A program made the position numbers and the translations under genes. This document shows positions 1 through 9,979 of a stretch of DNA of 64,000 nucleotides, piece by piece. Each line of letters starts with the position of its first letter. Position 1 is the first letter of the stretch. The stretch lies in sequence record SRR22947727_4895. The stretch is one strand, 5' to 3'. The notes under the pieces were generated by a model. That model had not been told where the DNA came from. It worked only from the letters and a program-made list of their open reading frames with translations, and made no database searches.

Positions 1-29
1 GGTTCGACGAACGAACCCTGTTGGTTCGA
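1..29. repeat. 45-bp modular repeat, partial copy cut by the window edge, in the LMF reading frame
   Basis: ggttcgacgaacgaaccctgttggttcga matches the loop and right arm of the copies at 6197 and 58562. Confidence 0.8.
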
Positions 30-646
30 AAATCGGGTGGGTCGGGTTCGGCATCCGGACGCTTCCGTTGCTGGTAATCGCTCTGCTGAATTTTCAGAGT
101 GTTTTTTCCGATTTACGAAACGCTCCAAATCCGGTGACAACAATTGATTTTACGCCGGAGGTTTTGGATTCTTTTTCGCAAAAAGTCGGTGGGTGGCATC
201 TCGTTTCTGGCTACGGCTTGTTTCGAACAATGACGACGACGCGTCCTGAAATCATCGTGGAAGGCAGTCGTGATGGTCAATTGTGGACGGCCTATGATTT
301 TAAATGGAAGACTGATCGCTTTGATGAAAAGCCGCGATTTGTCGCTCCGCATCAACCTCGGGTGGCGTGGCAACTGTGGTTTGCTGCGTTGGAACAAGGT
401 TACAGTCCGCGAGGGCGCAATGCTGGGTGGATCAGTAATCTGGTGATGAAATTGCTAAAAGGCGACGAAGCGGTGCAGGTTCTTTTTTACGAAAATCCGT
501 TTCCGAATACCCCGCCGAAGTACATTCGAATGCGGCAATTTGATTATGAATTTACGACGCGAGAAGAACGACGAAAATCCGGCGATTGGTGGAAACGCTA
601 TCGAGCGCGGAACTTTTTGTCCCCAGTTTCACTTCGCTCGAATTGA
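2..646 (+). CDS. Lipase maturation factor (LMF1) family membrane protein, C-terminal part (5' end lies outside the window)
   Basis: Motifs YGLFRTMTTTRPEIIVEGS, YDFKWK, PHQPRVAWQLWFAAL, NPFPNTPPKYIR and YEFTT..GDWW are typical of the LMF1 C-terminal domain. The frame is open from nt 2. Confidence 0.88.
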   Translation, partial: VRRTNPVGSKIGWVGFGIRTLPLLVIALLNFQSVFSDLRNAPNPVTTIDFTPEVLDSFSQKVGGWHLVSGYGLFRTMTTTRPEIIVEGSRDGQLWTAYDFKWKTDRFDEKPRFVAPHQPRVAWQLWFAALEQGYSPRGRNAGWISNLVMKLLKGDEAVQVLFYENPFPNTPPKYIRMRQFDYEFTTREERRKSGDWWKRYRARNFLSPVSLRSN

Positions 647-724
647 TTTGATGACAGACTGCTGGTCGAAACTTGTGGCATAATGTGAGGTTATATCCGT
701 AGGTTCACCCGAAAATTCCAATTT

Positions 725-1777
725 ATGAAATTCCCCACCTACTTTTTCTACGCTCTGGTTAGTGTGTGCGAGATGGCTTCCGCTCAGGAAAAAGATGAAG
801 CGGCGGAAAGTTTAGATCAAGCGAGGAAGCTATTTCCTGAATTCCAGAAAACGATGCTTTCGGATCCGGAGAAAGCGAAGAAGTCGTTCGATCCGTTTTT
901 GAAAATGCCGGACGCAATGCAGAAGCGTCTCCAGATTTGGCTTGATACGCAGTGGGCGGAAATGCGACGTGAACACGACCGGGCAACTGGCGGAAGCTCG
1001 TCCAGCGGCGGGCCTTCACCGATGCAGAAAAAGCAGATTCAGGAAAACCGGAAATTGCTCGAGGAGATTCGGAAAATTGGAAGTGAAGATGAGATGAAAA
1101 AGAAGCTCAAGGAAAAGGGCTGGGACGCATTGGACGCGCTGTTGCGTTTGACGAAACGATCCGGAGGTCAGTCCGCGGCACCTGCCGGGAGTTCTCAAAA
1201 ATCAGACCGGTTGCTGAAGGAGCTTTTCGTCATCGGCGATTTTCGTTCCACCATTCGGAGAAACCGGGGGGAGTCTTTTACCGAGCCATATAAGGAATTG
1301 GGCGTGGCGGATCCGAGTGTAGATTCGTCCGAAGTTGAGGTCGCTGCGGTTGATTCAATCGAAGGCGACAGAAAAGCGAAGTCTGTTCTGGCTGCGAATG
1401 AGAAAATGAAAGGAGACATTCCAAAGGGAGAATATGAGGGCATTCTTGAAGTGAATCAGTGGCGGATTTCAATGGGATTAAACGCGCTTTTGATCGATCC
1501 TAAACTTTGTGAGGCGTCGCGCGATCATTCGAGCGACATGGCGTCGATGGGATTTTTCGCCCATGAAAGTCCGGTCGAAGGCAAAAAACAGCCGTGGGAT
1601 CGGGCGAAGAATTTTGGAACGACGGCTCGCGCTGAAAACATCGCGATTAATGGGTCGACCCCCGGAGCAAACAAGGCATGGTTTTACAGCCCGGGGCACC
1701 ACAAAAATATGTTTTCCGGCCACACGTATATTGGCCTTGGGATTAAAGGGCGCCACTACACGCAGCTATTTCGATAA
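725..1777 (+). CDS. Secreted CAP (SCP-like) domain protein with helical N-terminal region
   Basis: N-terminal signal-like sequence. The C-terminus has NQWR..GL..L..D.KL..ASRDHS.DM....FFAHES, AENIA and W..SPGH.KN CAP motifs. Confidence 0.85.
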   Translation: MKFPTYFFYALVSVCEMASAQEKDEAAESLDQARKLFPEFQKTMLSDPEKAKKSFDPFLKMPDAMQKRLQIWLDTQWAEMRREHDRATGGSSSSGGPSPMQKKQIQENRKLLEEIRKIGSEDEMKKKLKEKGWDALDALLRLTKRSGGQSAAPAGSSQKSDRLLKELFVIGDFRSTIRRNRGESFTEPYKELGVADPSVDSSEVEVAAVDSIEGDRKAKSVLAANEKMKGDIPKGEYEGILEVNQWRISMGLNALLIDPKLCEASRDHSSDMASMGFFAHESPVEGKKQPWDRAKNFGTTARAENIAINGSTPGANKAWFYSPGHHKNMFSGHTYIGLGIKGRHYTQLFR

Positions 1778-1783
1778 GCGATT

Positions 1784-3394
1784 TTAACGCTTCAGGCTCT
1801 CCATGACTTTGGATGGAGGTTTCCACCCGATGCGCCGTTTTTCGTCGGGTATATATCCGATCGAGAGAATGAACATTCCATTGGCTTCGGCGATTGTCTC
1901 GGGTTCTAGATTCACCTGAACCTGAGTGTATCCGTTGCCAAGCCAAGTTTCGTAGCCGTTCCATTCGGACTTTTTCAAAACGTTTCCGTTGAGACGAACG
2001 TCGACGAGTTCAGGTTTTTGGTAGGGAAGTCGAACTCGAAATCCCATCGCGCAATCAGCGGGGAGGGGAGTGGCATCGAGTGGCTTTTTGCCTTTTTCAA
2101 AAGCAAACTTGATCTCTGGGCCTGCATTAACAAATTCTCGAATCGCTTCGGTATTAAAATGTGGACGTTCTTCGAGCCGATCGAGAAATCCTTTCTTATC
2201 GTTGTCCAAAAGGTCTGTTGCTTCCTTCATTGTCGTGATCAGAAACAGCGATCGGCCATCGGTTTGCGGATACAAAACACCGTGTGAAAACGCGGCCTGA
2301 CGTTGCCAAATTGCCACTCGGGAAAGGCGTCGTTCCGCCATATTTTTTCCAGCCGCCGTCACAAAATGCCCGATGAATGCGTTCATCCGATCGACTGGGT
2401 AACCTTCGTTTTTCTCCCCGATCCAAACTTCATTTCCCATCGCGAGCCAGCCTTTGGAACGCTCGACACCGCTTTTTTCCCAACCGATTTCGAGAGCGGC
2501 AATGACGGTGTGATATTTCAAATACCCATATTGAGCTGAATAAAAAAATGGGCGGCCGCGCCACACTTGACCGGCGACGGGATTTAATGGAAGCCCCCAG
2601 AATGCACGCTGGGCATCGGCTTCAAACCGATCGCTCGGAAAACCTGCCGCATTTCCAGCGGCGATCATTTTCTCCGTGATCCGCCAATCCCATGGACGCA
2701 GCGAATAATTTGAATACGCTGACGCCGTTATTTCCGTCATAGTTTGCCCTTGATACCGCTCTCGTGTTCCTAGCTGACTTTCGCCGTATTCCTGCAGCCC
2801 CGTGCCGTGCAGATCGAGATGCGCCTCGGGCTGGAATTCATCCACGAGTTTTAGAAATGCCATCAGTTCAGGGGCTTTTTCGGGCTCCTTCAACTTCAGG
2901 TTTTCGATGTCCCACGCGTTTGTTCCGCCGCCGGTATAGGGATCGAATTTCTGCTCATTGCCAAATCGATCCGTCACGAAATACCCATGTGGGTTCAGAA
3001 TTGGCATTACCTTCACCACCTGCTTCTTTCGTGTTTCCACGGCTATCGCGTTGTCGCTCACGAGCCATTCAATCAGGTGAAATGCCGCTGTGGTTCCCGA
3101 TCGCTCCGGCCCGCCGTGCATTGCGGTGATCAGGCTGTGCTGTTTGTTTTCAGCAGGAGATTTGTGATCGGTGATCGTAATCGTATAAACTCCCTGACCG
3201 TTCGTGTTTTCCCCTGACCGCTCGACTTCGAGCATCGCGCCGTATTTTTCGTCCCAAAACTTCAGCGTCGCTTCGTATTCAGCTTCAGTGAGGCGATGCG
3301 GTGCCGGTTCTTCCCAAATTTTTGGAACCCGGTCGAGATTTTGGGCGTTGACTGAGGCGGCCAAAGCGATGGCGAGAATTGTCAGAATTTTCAT
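1784..3394 (-). CDS. M14 zinc carboxypeptidase-like secreted protein
   Basis: Signal peptide MKILTILAIALAASVNA, H-x-x-x-E (MHGGPE), P.LNP.G and DLHG motifs. Start moved to ATG 3394. Confidence 0.75.
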   Translation of the reverse strand: MKILTILAIALAASVNAQNLDRVPKIWEEPAPHRLTEAEYEATLKFWDEKYGAMLEVERSGENTNGQGVYTITITDHKSPAENKQHSLITAMHGGPERSGTTAAFHLIEWLVSDNAIAVETRKKQVVKVMPILNPHGYFVTDRFGNEQKFDPYTGGGTNAWDIENLKLKEPEKAPELMAFLKLVDEFQPEAHLDLHGTGLQEYGESQLGTRERYQGQTMTEITASAYSNYSLRPWDWRITEKMIAAGNAAGFPSDRFEADAQRAFWGLPLNPVAGQVWRGRPFFYSAQYGYLKYHTVIAALEIGWEKSGVERSKGWLAMGNEVWIGEKNEGYPVDRMNAFIGHFVTAAGKNMAERRLSRVAIWQRQAAFSHGVLYPQTDGRSLFLITTMKEATDLLDNDKKGFLDRLEERPHFNTEAIREFVNAGPEIKFAFEKGKKPLDATPLPADCAMGFRVRLPYQKPELVDVRLNGNVLKKSEWNGYETWLGNGYTQVQVNLEPETIAEANGMFILSIGYIPDEKRRIGWKPPSKVMESLKR

Positions 3395-3448
3395 TTGTAA
3401 GATCGAGCTGGGCAAGGGGCGTCGGAATTGTTCTTTTTTCACGCAGCG

Positions 3449-6142
3449 CTATTTTTTCTTCTTAGATGCGAGCGACTTGATGTAGAGAATGATTGAATCG
3501 ATTTCGTGATCTTTTAGCACGCCGAGATACGATGGCATTCCAACTCCGGTTTTTTCAGTTTCGAATCCCTTTTGAACATTGCGGGCGGGGTCGACAATTG
3601 ATTCGCGGAGATAGACTTCGTCGACGCTTCTTAAAACGACACCGTCAGTGAATTCGCGTTTTGAACCCCACAAACCAAGCCAACTTGGGCCAACAGCGAC
3701 CGCTGCCGCCGCTGCGCCCACCGTTTGCTTTAGCGCTTTCCCATCGACGCTGTGACAGACAACGCAGCCGTATCTTGTGGCGGTTTCTTTTCCGGTCGCC
3801 ACGGTCGGTTCGATCTTTTTCATCGCTTCGGTCGCTCCTGCTTTTAGCGTCAGATCAACTTTGTTGGAATCGAAGCCTTCCGCTTTCAGATCAATTTTAT
3901 TCAGTGAATTGACCGTCAAATAGGTGCTCGCGATTTGAGGTGTCTCGGCTTTCGGATTTGGCACGCGATAAGTCATTCGAATCGAGTGAACCGGCTTCAT
4001 GTTTGGCAGGCCGATGAAAACCGATTTTTTATCAGAAGAAAGCATCGCGCTGGCAACCGGCATTGTCTCCTGACCAGGTGTGCCATCGAGTTTGTAATTC
4101 CCCGAGCCGTAGCTGTGGGTCTGTTTGTAATTCCAGCAATCCACCGTGTAGTTTGCCAAATTTGTCGCGGTGGCTTCATCAACGAGCTGATCAAATTTCA
4201 GTAAGATTCCTTTTTCTGATGAACGGACGTCTTGGGGAATCCACGATGGACCGCCGTCATGAGTCACTCGGTAAAGTCCTGAAATTTGGTCCGCCGCTGT
4301 GCCCCAAATCTTGAATCCCGTCAGCCAAAGTGAGCCATCGATCGGGTGAATCCGCGGCTTCATGATGCCCGAAGGAAAGCCATGCATGATGGATGAAACG
4401 GCGCCGTTTATTGGAGGCGATTTTTTGGGATTTGTTGGAGGCGAGAGATCATCTGGCGCGGCGTCGAAGTAAACTTTGAAAATCTCAGGCCGGTTGTAAC
4501 CGACGTGAATCAGCGAATTATTCAAAGGTCCCAGCTTCGCGTTTCGAGTCCAAATTTGGCTCGCGCCACTTTGATTTACGAAATGTGGAATGTGAATTTC
4601 AGGCTGATCAATCGGTGCCGGATGAACGGCTTTTTCCTTAAATTGCGCTGGCTGAAATCCGTAGTAATCGCCTTTTCGCACGATATGAATCGGCGTTGCC
4701 GGCTTCCAATGCCCTTGTTGGTCACTTGCTGTGACAACGCCCGTTTTAGGGTCAACCCCGATGTAAGGCATTCGAAATCCTGTGGCGATGACTTCAAAAG
4801 ACTTTCCATCTTTCGCGATTTCAACCACCGTGCCGTTGTGTTTCCCGCGCGTTGTCGAAACCTGCCCGCCTTTTGCGATGTAGAATCCGCCACCTGGTTT
4901 TTCCCAAATGTCATTCGCGAACTCCCGCGTCTCGGCTGTTTGTGAAACGAGATTGCAGAAGTTTTCGTAAAAATCGGCTTCGCCATCTCCGTTCTCGTCA
5001 TGCAGTCGAACGATCCCATTTCGATCAAAAACGTAAATTTTTTCGTCCGAAATTTCGAGTCCGATCGGGTCGTGAAGGCCGGACGCGAAGCGTTTCCAAG
5101 TCACGTTTTGGAGGTCGCCTACAAGGTTTTCGACAATCCAGACATCGCCATCAAATGTGGAAAAAGCGGCCCGACCATCAGAGAAAAAATCGAAGGCGGA
5201 AAGGCGGACGTTTCGCTTCCAAGGGTTGTCGAGCGGGAGTGCTATTTCTTGAAGGTCGAACCCATTCTCTGCCAAATCATTTGTGAGCTTAGTTGTTTTC
5301 AGTTTTTCGGACCAAATCGCGGAAGCGGGTTTTTCCCAATGGTGCACCAGGTCGAATACGGTTTTCTCACCGTCTCCAAAAACGGCTTCCCCCCAAATCG
5401 CACTGCTTTCCTTTGGGCTGAATTCTTTGAACGTAGGCTCCCCGTTTGCCCTCGGCTGCAGCATCGTGATTTTTTTATCAACTTCTCCAAGAGCAATCCG
5501 CCGACTGACAACGCCATTTTTTGCATCAACCGAAAGCCGTTCCACCACTTCGACTCCGTAGACTTCGTATTCGAGCGCAATCGTATCTTCATGGATGCGA
5601 ATGCCTTTCCAGTGGAGCCCATCGATCGGGCCAAGTCCGTGCTCATCCAAATCAACTGATCGCTCACGAGGATCTTCCGGTTTATCAGGAGCACTGCCGA
5701 GATACCAACCCGGAACACATTTGGTTGCTACGAGTGGTGTCCCGATAATACGCGGCAAACTTTTTTGGCCTGCTGAAGCTTTTCGATTTGGCAAACGATA
5801 GCTTCCTGTGCTCATCGCATCCATTGTCAAATATTCGCCGTCTTCGTTCTCTTTCCAAATCAGCGCGACCCGAAGTAAATCGGTATCGAAACAGGCGTAG
5901 TAGCCGTGGCCGAGTTTCAAAATAATGCTACGCGGCGTCAGATTATCTTTAGGCCAATCACCGCCGAGATGACGCGCATCGAGCGTGTGGGAGAAAAACG
6001 GGAAATCTCTCTCAATATACGAACCCCAGGGAGAATCGAGCGCGAGATGCGATTTTTGCTGAGCGAACCCCGTCGCCGATGCAACCAGCAAAATAGTCGA
6101 AAAAATGAGGGTATAAATTTGAAACGGAAGTGCGTTCTTCAT
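3449..6142 (-). CDS. PVC-type DUF6797-like beta-propeller protein with C-terminal cytochrome c
   Basis: Signal peptide, LP.DNPW..VR.S.FDF..DGR....T..GDVW and FASGLH.P.G repeats, CVVCH heme motif, and a YLRESIVDP...MP.Y cytochrome tail. Confidence 0.75.
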   Translation of the reverse strand: MKNALPFQIYTLIFSTILLVASATGFAQQKSHLALDSPWGSYIERDFPFFSHTLDARHLGGDWPKDNLTPRSIILKLGHGYYACFDTDLLRVALIWKENEDGEYLTMDAMSTGSYRLPNRKASAGQKSLPRIIGTPLVATKCVPGWYLGSAPDKPEDPRERSVDLDEHGLGPIDGLHWKGIRIHEDTIALEYEVYGVEVVERLSVDAKNGVVSRRIALGEVDKKITMLQPRANGEPTFKEFSPKESSAIWGEAVFGDGEKTVFDLVHHWEKPASAIWSEKLKTTKLTNDLAENGFDLQEIALPLDNPWKRNVRLSAFDFFSDGRAAFSTFDGDVWIVENLVGDLQNVTWKRFASGLHDPIGLEISDEKIYVFDRNGIVRLHDENGDGEADFYENFCNLVSQTAETREFANDIWEKPGGGFYIAKGGQVSTTRGKHNGTVVEIAKDGKSFEVIATGFRMPYIGVDPKTGVVTASDQQGHWKPATPIHIVRKGDYYGFQPAQFKEKAVHPAPIDQPEIHIPHFVNQSGASQIWTRNAKLGPLNNSLIHVGYNRPEIFKVYFDAAPDDLSPPTNPKKSPPINGAVSSIMHGFPSGIMKPRIHPIDGSLWLTGFKIWGTAADQISGLYRVTHDGGPSWIPQDVRSSEKGILLKFDQLVDEATATNLANYTVDCWNYKQTHSYGSGNYKLDGTPGQETMPVASAMLSSDKKSVFIGLPNMKPVHSIRMTYRVPNPKAETPQIASTYLTVNSLNKIDLKAEGFDSNKVDLTLKAGATEAMKKIEPTVATGKETATRYGCVVCHSVDGKALKQTVGAAAAAVAVGPSWLGLWGSKREFTDGVVLRSVDEVYLRESIVDPARNVQKGFETEKTGVGMPSYLGVLKDHEIDSIILYIKSLASKKKK

Positions 6143-6196
6143 GAAAATTCCGGGCGTTGAGGAGGTGGAGTTCGGTTCGGAAATGATTTAAACAAA

Positions 6197-6241
6197 ACGA
6201 GCCAACAGGGTTAGTTCATCGAATGAACCCTGTTGACTCGT
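6197..6241. repeat. 45-bp modular repeat, palindromic form
   Basis: acgagccaacagggttagttc-atc-gaatgaaccctgttgactcgt is a near-perfect inverted repeat. Confidence 0.92.
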
Positions 6242-6260
6242 AGAAATGCGGAATGTGTTC

Positions 6261-7628
6261 TTAGATGCCTTTCACTTCCCAGCCTTCACGATAGGTGTCG
6301 TGGACGAGCGCGTTGGCTTCTTCCGAATTCGTGAATTTTGCAGCAGCATCATCCCAGACGAGTTCTTTGCCTGCGAGCTGCTGGGCGACGGTTCCGAGTA
6401 ATACGGCTTCGCTCATCGGACCGGCATAATCCCAGTTTGCGACCGGCTTTTCTGAAGTCTCCCCCCGAATGTGAGCCACGAAATCTTTGTGGTGACTTCC
6501 TGCTTCGGCAGGATCCGGAGTCTCATCGACTTTTTTACCGTCGCGAAACAACGTTGGCATTCCCCCGTGAGGAATTACCAGTGCGCCCGTCGTTCCAATG
6601 ACGACACTTCCGTTTCGCGGAACGTTGTGAACGTCTTTCCCGTCGCCATTTTTCGTAACGCCGCCGAGTGCATCAATCACCCATTGATCAGGGAACTGGT
6701 TGCCGTCATACCATGTAAAATCGAAATCACCATCGGACTGATCGTTGCCTTTCATCTTATGATGAACCTTGCCGTTCACGGGCCAAGAATCGCCATCGAC
6801 GATTCCAACGCCATGACTCGTTACAGAAAGTGTTACGGGCTGATTCAATCCCTGAAACCACGGATGATAAATATGACAACCCATGTCACCGAGGGTTCCC
6901 GTTCCAAAACCGATGCGCTTCCGCCACTGGCTCGGGTGAAATTCTCCCGTGATGTAGCTACGCTTTTTGCCAACTCCAATCCAACCATCCCAATCCAGTG
7001 TGCCGGGAACTTCATCGACGCGATCTGGAAGAGGCTTCATTGAGCCCCACGATTTCCCGATCATGCTGTGGACGGATTTTACTTTCCCGACGATGCCTTC
7101 GCGCAGCCATTTTACCGAGGTTTTGTTGCCTTGGCCCGAGCCGACCTGAATTCCCATCTGCGTTGTGATGTTGTTCGCTGCTGCATATTCACGGAGCGTC
7201 CGTGCTTCATGAAGGGTCCTAGTAAGAGGCTTTTCGCAGTAGCAATGTTTGCCAAGCTGCATTGCGCTCATCGAAATCGGCGCGTGCATGTGATCCGGCG
7301 TTGCGACCACGGCGACGTCAAAATTATTTGCCTCTTTTTCCAAAAGCTCACGCCAGTCTTGATAGATTTTTGCTTCAGGGAATCCTTTGCCCACTTTGTC
7401 GGCACGGCGAAGGTCGATTTCGGCTGCTGCCACCAATGTTGCGTTGTTCACACCGGCCATGGAAGAAATATTTCCCCAGGCCCGGCCATTGGTTCCAAAA
7501 GCCACGTAACGGATATTGCCGCTTGGAGCGCCGTTTGCGGTTGTTTTCCAACCAATGTAGGGAGCCGCAATTGCTCCTGCGGTGGCGGTTTTGAGAAAGT
7601 TGCGTCGTGAATTATTCTTAACTGACAT
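6261..7628 (-). CDS. Gfo/Idh/MocA family oxidoreductase, Tat-exported
   Basis: SRRNFLK twin-arginine signal and ATPDHMH, YCEKPL and G.LGDMGCH motifs. Confidence 0.92.
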   Translation of the reverse strand: MSVKNNSRRNFLKTATAGAIAAPYIGWKTTANGAPSGNIRYVAFGTNGRAWGNISSMAGVNNATLVAAAEIDLRRADKVGKGFPEAKIYQDWRELLEKEANNFDVAVVATPDHMHAPISMSAMQLGKHCYCEKPLTRTLHEARTLREYAAANNITTQMGIQVGSGQGNKTSVKWLREGIVGKVKSVHSMIGKSWGSMKPLPDRVDEVPGTLDWDGWIGVGKKRSYITGEFHPSQWRKRIGFGTGTLGDMGCHIYHPWFQGLNQPVTLSVTSHGVGIVDGDSWPVNGKVHHKMKGNDQSDGDFDFTWYDGNQFPDQWVIDALGGVTKNGDGKDVHNVPRNGSVVIGTTGALVIPHGGMPTLFRDGKKVDETPDPAEAGSHHKDFVAHIRGETSEKPVANWDYAGPMSEAVLLGTVAQQLAGKELVWDDAAAKFTNSEEANALVHDTYREGWEVKGI

Positions 7629-7723
7629 GTTTCAAGCGTAAATGAAAATTCACACGCTCGTCAATGGCGTGAAAAGCGTAATTTTAATTCCTCGCGTCGC
7701 AGTTCCAGTATCCGCTTTTTCGT

Positions 7724-7885
7724 TTACCGAAAGAGGAGCAGGTGCATGATCAACACGGCGATGAAAAACCAAACGAGGCCGAGAGTGCAGAGAATCAAAA
7801 TGCAGCCAAGATAGCAAAAAGTCCATGTCCAGGGAGAAGGGCGCGCCGCTCGTTTTGCACGAAGTTCCGCCCGTGTGTCCTCCAT
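7724..7885 (-). CDS. Putative 53-aa small membrane protein (not in the ORF track)
   Basis: ATG 7885 to TAA 7724 encodes MEDTRAELRAKRAARPSPWTWTFCYLGCILILCTLGLVWFFIAVLIMHLLLFR: a basic N-region followed by a long hydrophobic stretch. It fills a gap between co-oriented genes. Confidence 0.5.
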   Translation of the reverse strand: MEDTRAELRAKRAARPSPWTWTFCYLGCILILCTLGLVWFFIAVLIMHLLLFR

Positions 7886-7975
7886 CAATCTCGAATTGTC
7901 CTACATGAAAAAATTGTGACTCAGAATCGAATTTGATTCCATTATAAAATATTGCGAGCGGCAGTTCAGTGTATT

Positions 7976-9793
7976 TCACCCCAGCGCCTTCAGCATCGCC
8001 TTCTCCACTAAAATTGCAGCAAGTTCTTCGGTGGCTTCGTCGAGAACTTTATTCGCGGCCTTTAGTTTTGCGACGTCCTGAGCTTCGTCAGCGACAGCTG
8101 TTTTGACTTCGTCGACTGCGGATTGAATCGACGCCAATTCATCGGCAGAAAGTTCATCGCCAGCCATCGAAATGGCTTGCACAACCGCGGGAATCAGTTC
8201 GTCGCTTTTCAGTTTCGCTTCGGTCCAAATCCGCGCGTTCATGTCGTCGAACGCGTAATCGACAGATTCGCTGATCATCGCCTCGACCGCTTCATCATCG
8301 ACATCGACGGCAGAGTTTTCGATTTCTAGAACGCGATCTTCGCCGGTATTTGTATCTCTGGTCAGGACACTCAGAATTCCGTTTTCATCGATGGAGAATT
8401 GAACGCCGACACGCGCGGACCCTTTTGCACCGGGCTCAAAATCGAGTTCGATTCGTCCGAGTTCCCAGTTGTCTTTTGCGATTTCGCGCTCGCCCTGCAA
8501 GACACGAACCAACATCGATTTTTGGTCACCAACGGCATTGGTGAAGAGCTCGCCGGCTTTTGCCGGAATCGTTGTGTTACGGGGAATGATCACATTCATC
8601 AACCCACCAAAGGTTTCGATGCCGAGCGAAAGTGGCGTCACATCAAGGAGGACAACTTGCTGAACTCGACCGCACAAAATCCCTGCCTGAATCGCTGCGC
8701 CAAGGGCGATCGCCTCGTCAGGATTCTGCGAAATGTCAGGCTCAATCCCAAACCATTCAGCAACGAGTTTTCGTACTAACGGAATCCGCGTCGAACCGCC
8801 GACAAGGATTACACGATCCAACCCTGTTGATTCATCGATCCAACCCTGTTCGATCGTGGTGCGTTTGCAAAACGTGCGGGTCAGTTCGATCACGGGACGA
8901 GCGATTTTTTCAAATTCGGGGCGGCTGATTTCGAGTTCGAAACTGTGTTCGCCGTCAAAAAATGGCAGTAAAATTTTTGCGGTCTCGGTGTCGGAGAGCT
9001 GCTCTTTCGCAGTTCGAGCTGCCGCGAGAATTTTGGTGCGTTCTTCGCCGGTGAAATCGGATCCCAGCTCGAGTTTTTCGGCAATGAAATCGGTTACGGC
9101 GTCATCGATGTCGTCTCCACCGAGGTGGGTGTCACCTGCAGTCGCGACGACTTGAAAAACGCCGTCGCGCATTTCGAGCAACGACAAATCAAACGTCCCT
9201 CCGCCGAAATCGTAAACGGCGACACGGGCATTCTCGTCGAGTTTATCGAGTCCGTAGGCGAGGGCGGCTGCGGTGGGTTCGTTGATGATTCGTTCAACGG
9301 TCAGCCCGGCGATTTCTCCGGCTCGTTTCGTTGCATTCCGTTGGGCATCATTAAAATAGGCAGGAACGGTGATCACGGCACGTGTAATCGATTCTTCGAG
9401 GGCGTATTCGGCGGTAACCTTCAATTTTGCCAGAATTTTTGCCGAAACGTCTTCGGGTAGAAGCGTCTCTCCGTTCGCCGAAATTGCAGCCCAGCCATCA
9501 TTTAATCGGGTGATCTCAAACGGGCTTTTTGATTTTTCCTCGGCGGGAATTTCATCAAATCGTCGACCGACCAGGCGTTTGATCGAGGCAAACGTCCGTT
9601 TGGGAGCGACCGCTGCCATTCGCCGGGCGGGTTCGCCAACGAGGACGTCTCCTTTTTCTGGAAAATGAACGATCGAAGGTAGGATCCGATTGCCATTCTC
9701 ATCGGCTAGTAGAATGGGAAATCCGGAATCAACGACGCCAACAAGCGAGTGCGTGGTGCCGAGATCGATGCCGATGATGGTGTTTGAAGACAT
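7976..9793 (-). CDS. Hsp70 family chaperone (DnaK paralogue, possibly HscA-like)
   Basis: [44 protein letters not shown] and DVTPLSLG motifs. Short C-terminal lid; no dnaJ or grpE adjacent. Confidence 0.93.
   Translation of the reverse strand: MSSNTIIGIDLGTTHSLVGVVDSGFPILLADENGNRILPSIVHFPEKGDVLVGEPARRMAAVAPKRTFASIKRLVGRRFDEIPAEEKSKSPFEITRLNDGWAAISANGETLLPEDVSAKILAKLKVTAEYALEESITRAVITVPAYFNDAQRNATKRAGEIAGLTVERIINEPTAAALAYGLDKLDENARVAVYDFGGGTFDLSLLEMRDGVFQVVATAGDTHLGGDDIDDAVTDFIAEKLELGSDFTGEERTKILAAARTAKEQLSDTETAKILLPFFDGEHSFELEISRPEFEKIARPVIELTRTFCKRTTIEQGWIDESTGLDRVILVGGSTRIPLVRKLVAEWFGIEPDISQNPDEAIALGAAIQAGILCGRVQQVVLLDVTPLSLGIETFGGLMNVIIPRNTTIPAKAGELFTNAVGDQKSMLVRVLQGEREIAKDNWELGRIELDFEPGAKGSARVGVQFSIDENGILSVLTRDTNTGEDRVLEIENSAVDVDDEAVEAMISESVDYAFDDMNARIWTEAKLKSDELIPAVVQAISMAGDELSADELASIQSAVDEVKTAVADEAQDVAKLKAANKVLDEATEELAAILVEKAMLKALG
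8813..8857. repeat. 45-bp modular repeat, tandem (head-to-tail) form, inside the Hsp70 CDS
   Basis: acgatccaaccctgttgattca + tcgatccaaccctgttcgatcg + t. Same architecture as 14695-14739 and 34388-34432. Confidence 0.85.
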
Positions 9794-9915
9794 TTAACAA
9801 AAAGGAGCTGGAAGCTAGGAGCCAGAATGATGGAGAATTAGGGCGCGGTGCTCCGATTTTGAAAGGTAAATTTTGAAGATTGGATCCTAAGATCGAAAAC
9901 CTTCTAATCAGAAAC

Positions 9916-9951
9916 AAAAAAGCGGGCCCGATTGAATATCGGAGTCGCTTT
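9916..9951 (-). terminator. Probable intrinsic terminator downstream of the rhodanese gene
   Basis: Imperfect stem aaagcgggcccga/tcggagtcgcttt with an A6 run on the + strand (U-tract on the - strand). Confidence 0.55.
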
Positions 9952-9979
9952 GCTGGAGAGGATTGGGGAATTGCAATGT

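Noticed and set aside
1-30. GGTTCGA as a tRNA T-loop
   Set aside because: It belongs to the repeat; no T-stem or acceptor stem follows.
4411-4444. ttggaggcga duplicated in the propeller-cytochrome gene (SPPTNPKKSPP)
   Set aside because: Small local duplication in a loop with no other copies seen.
6197-6241. Integron attC site or ordinary terminator interpretation of the repeat
   Set aside because: No RYYYAAC/GTTRRRY ends and no integrase. Copies also occur in non-hairpin tandem form and inside CDSs, so termination alone cannot explain the family.
7650-7979. 109-aa ORF overlapping the Hsp70 stop
   Set aside because: No recognisable motif; the alternative 53-aa hydrophobic frame looks more plausible. 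Not fully excluded, given the 4-nt overlap.
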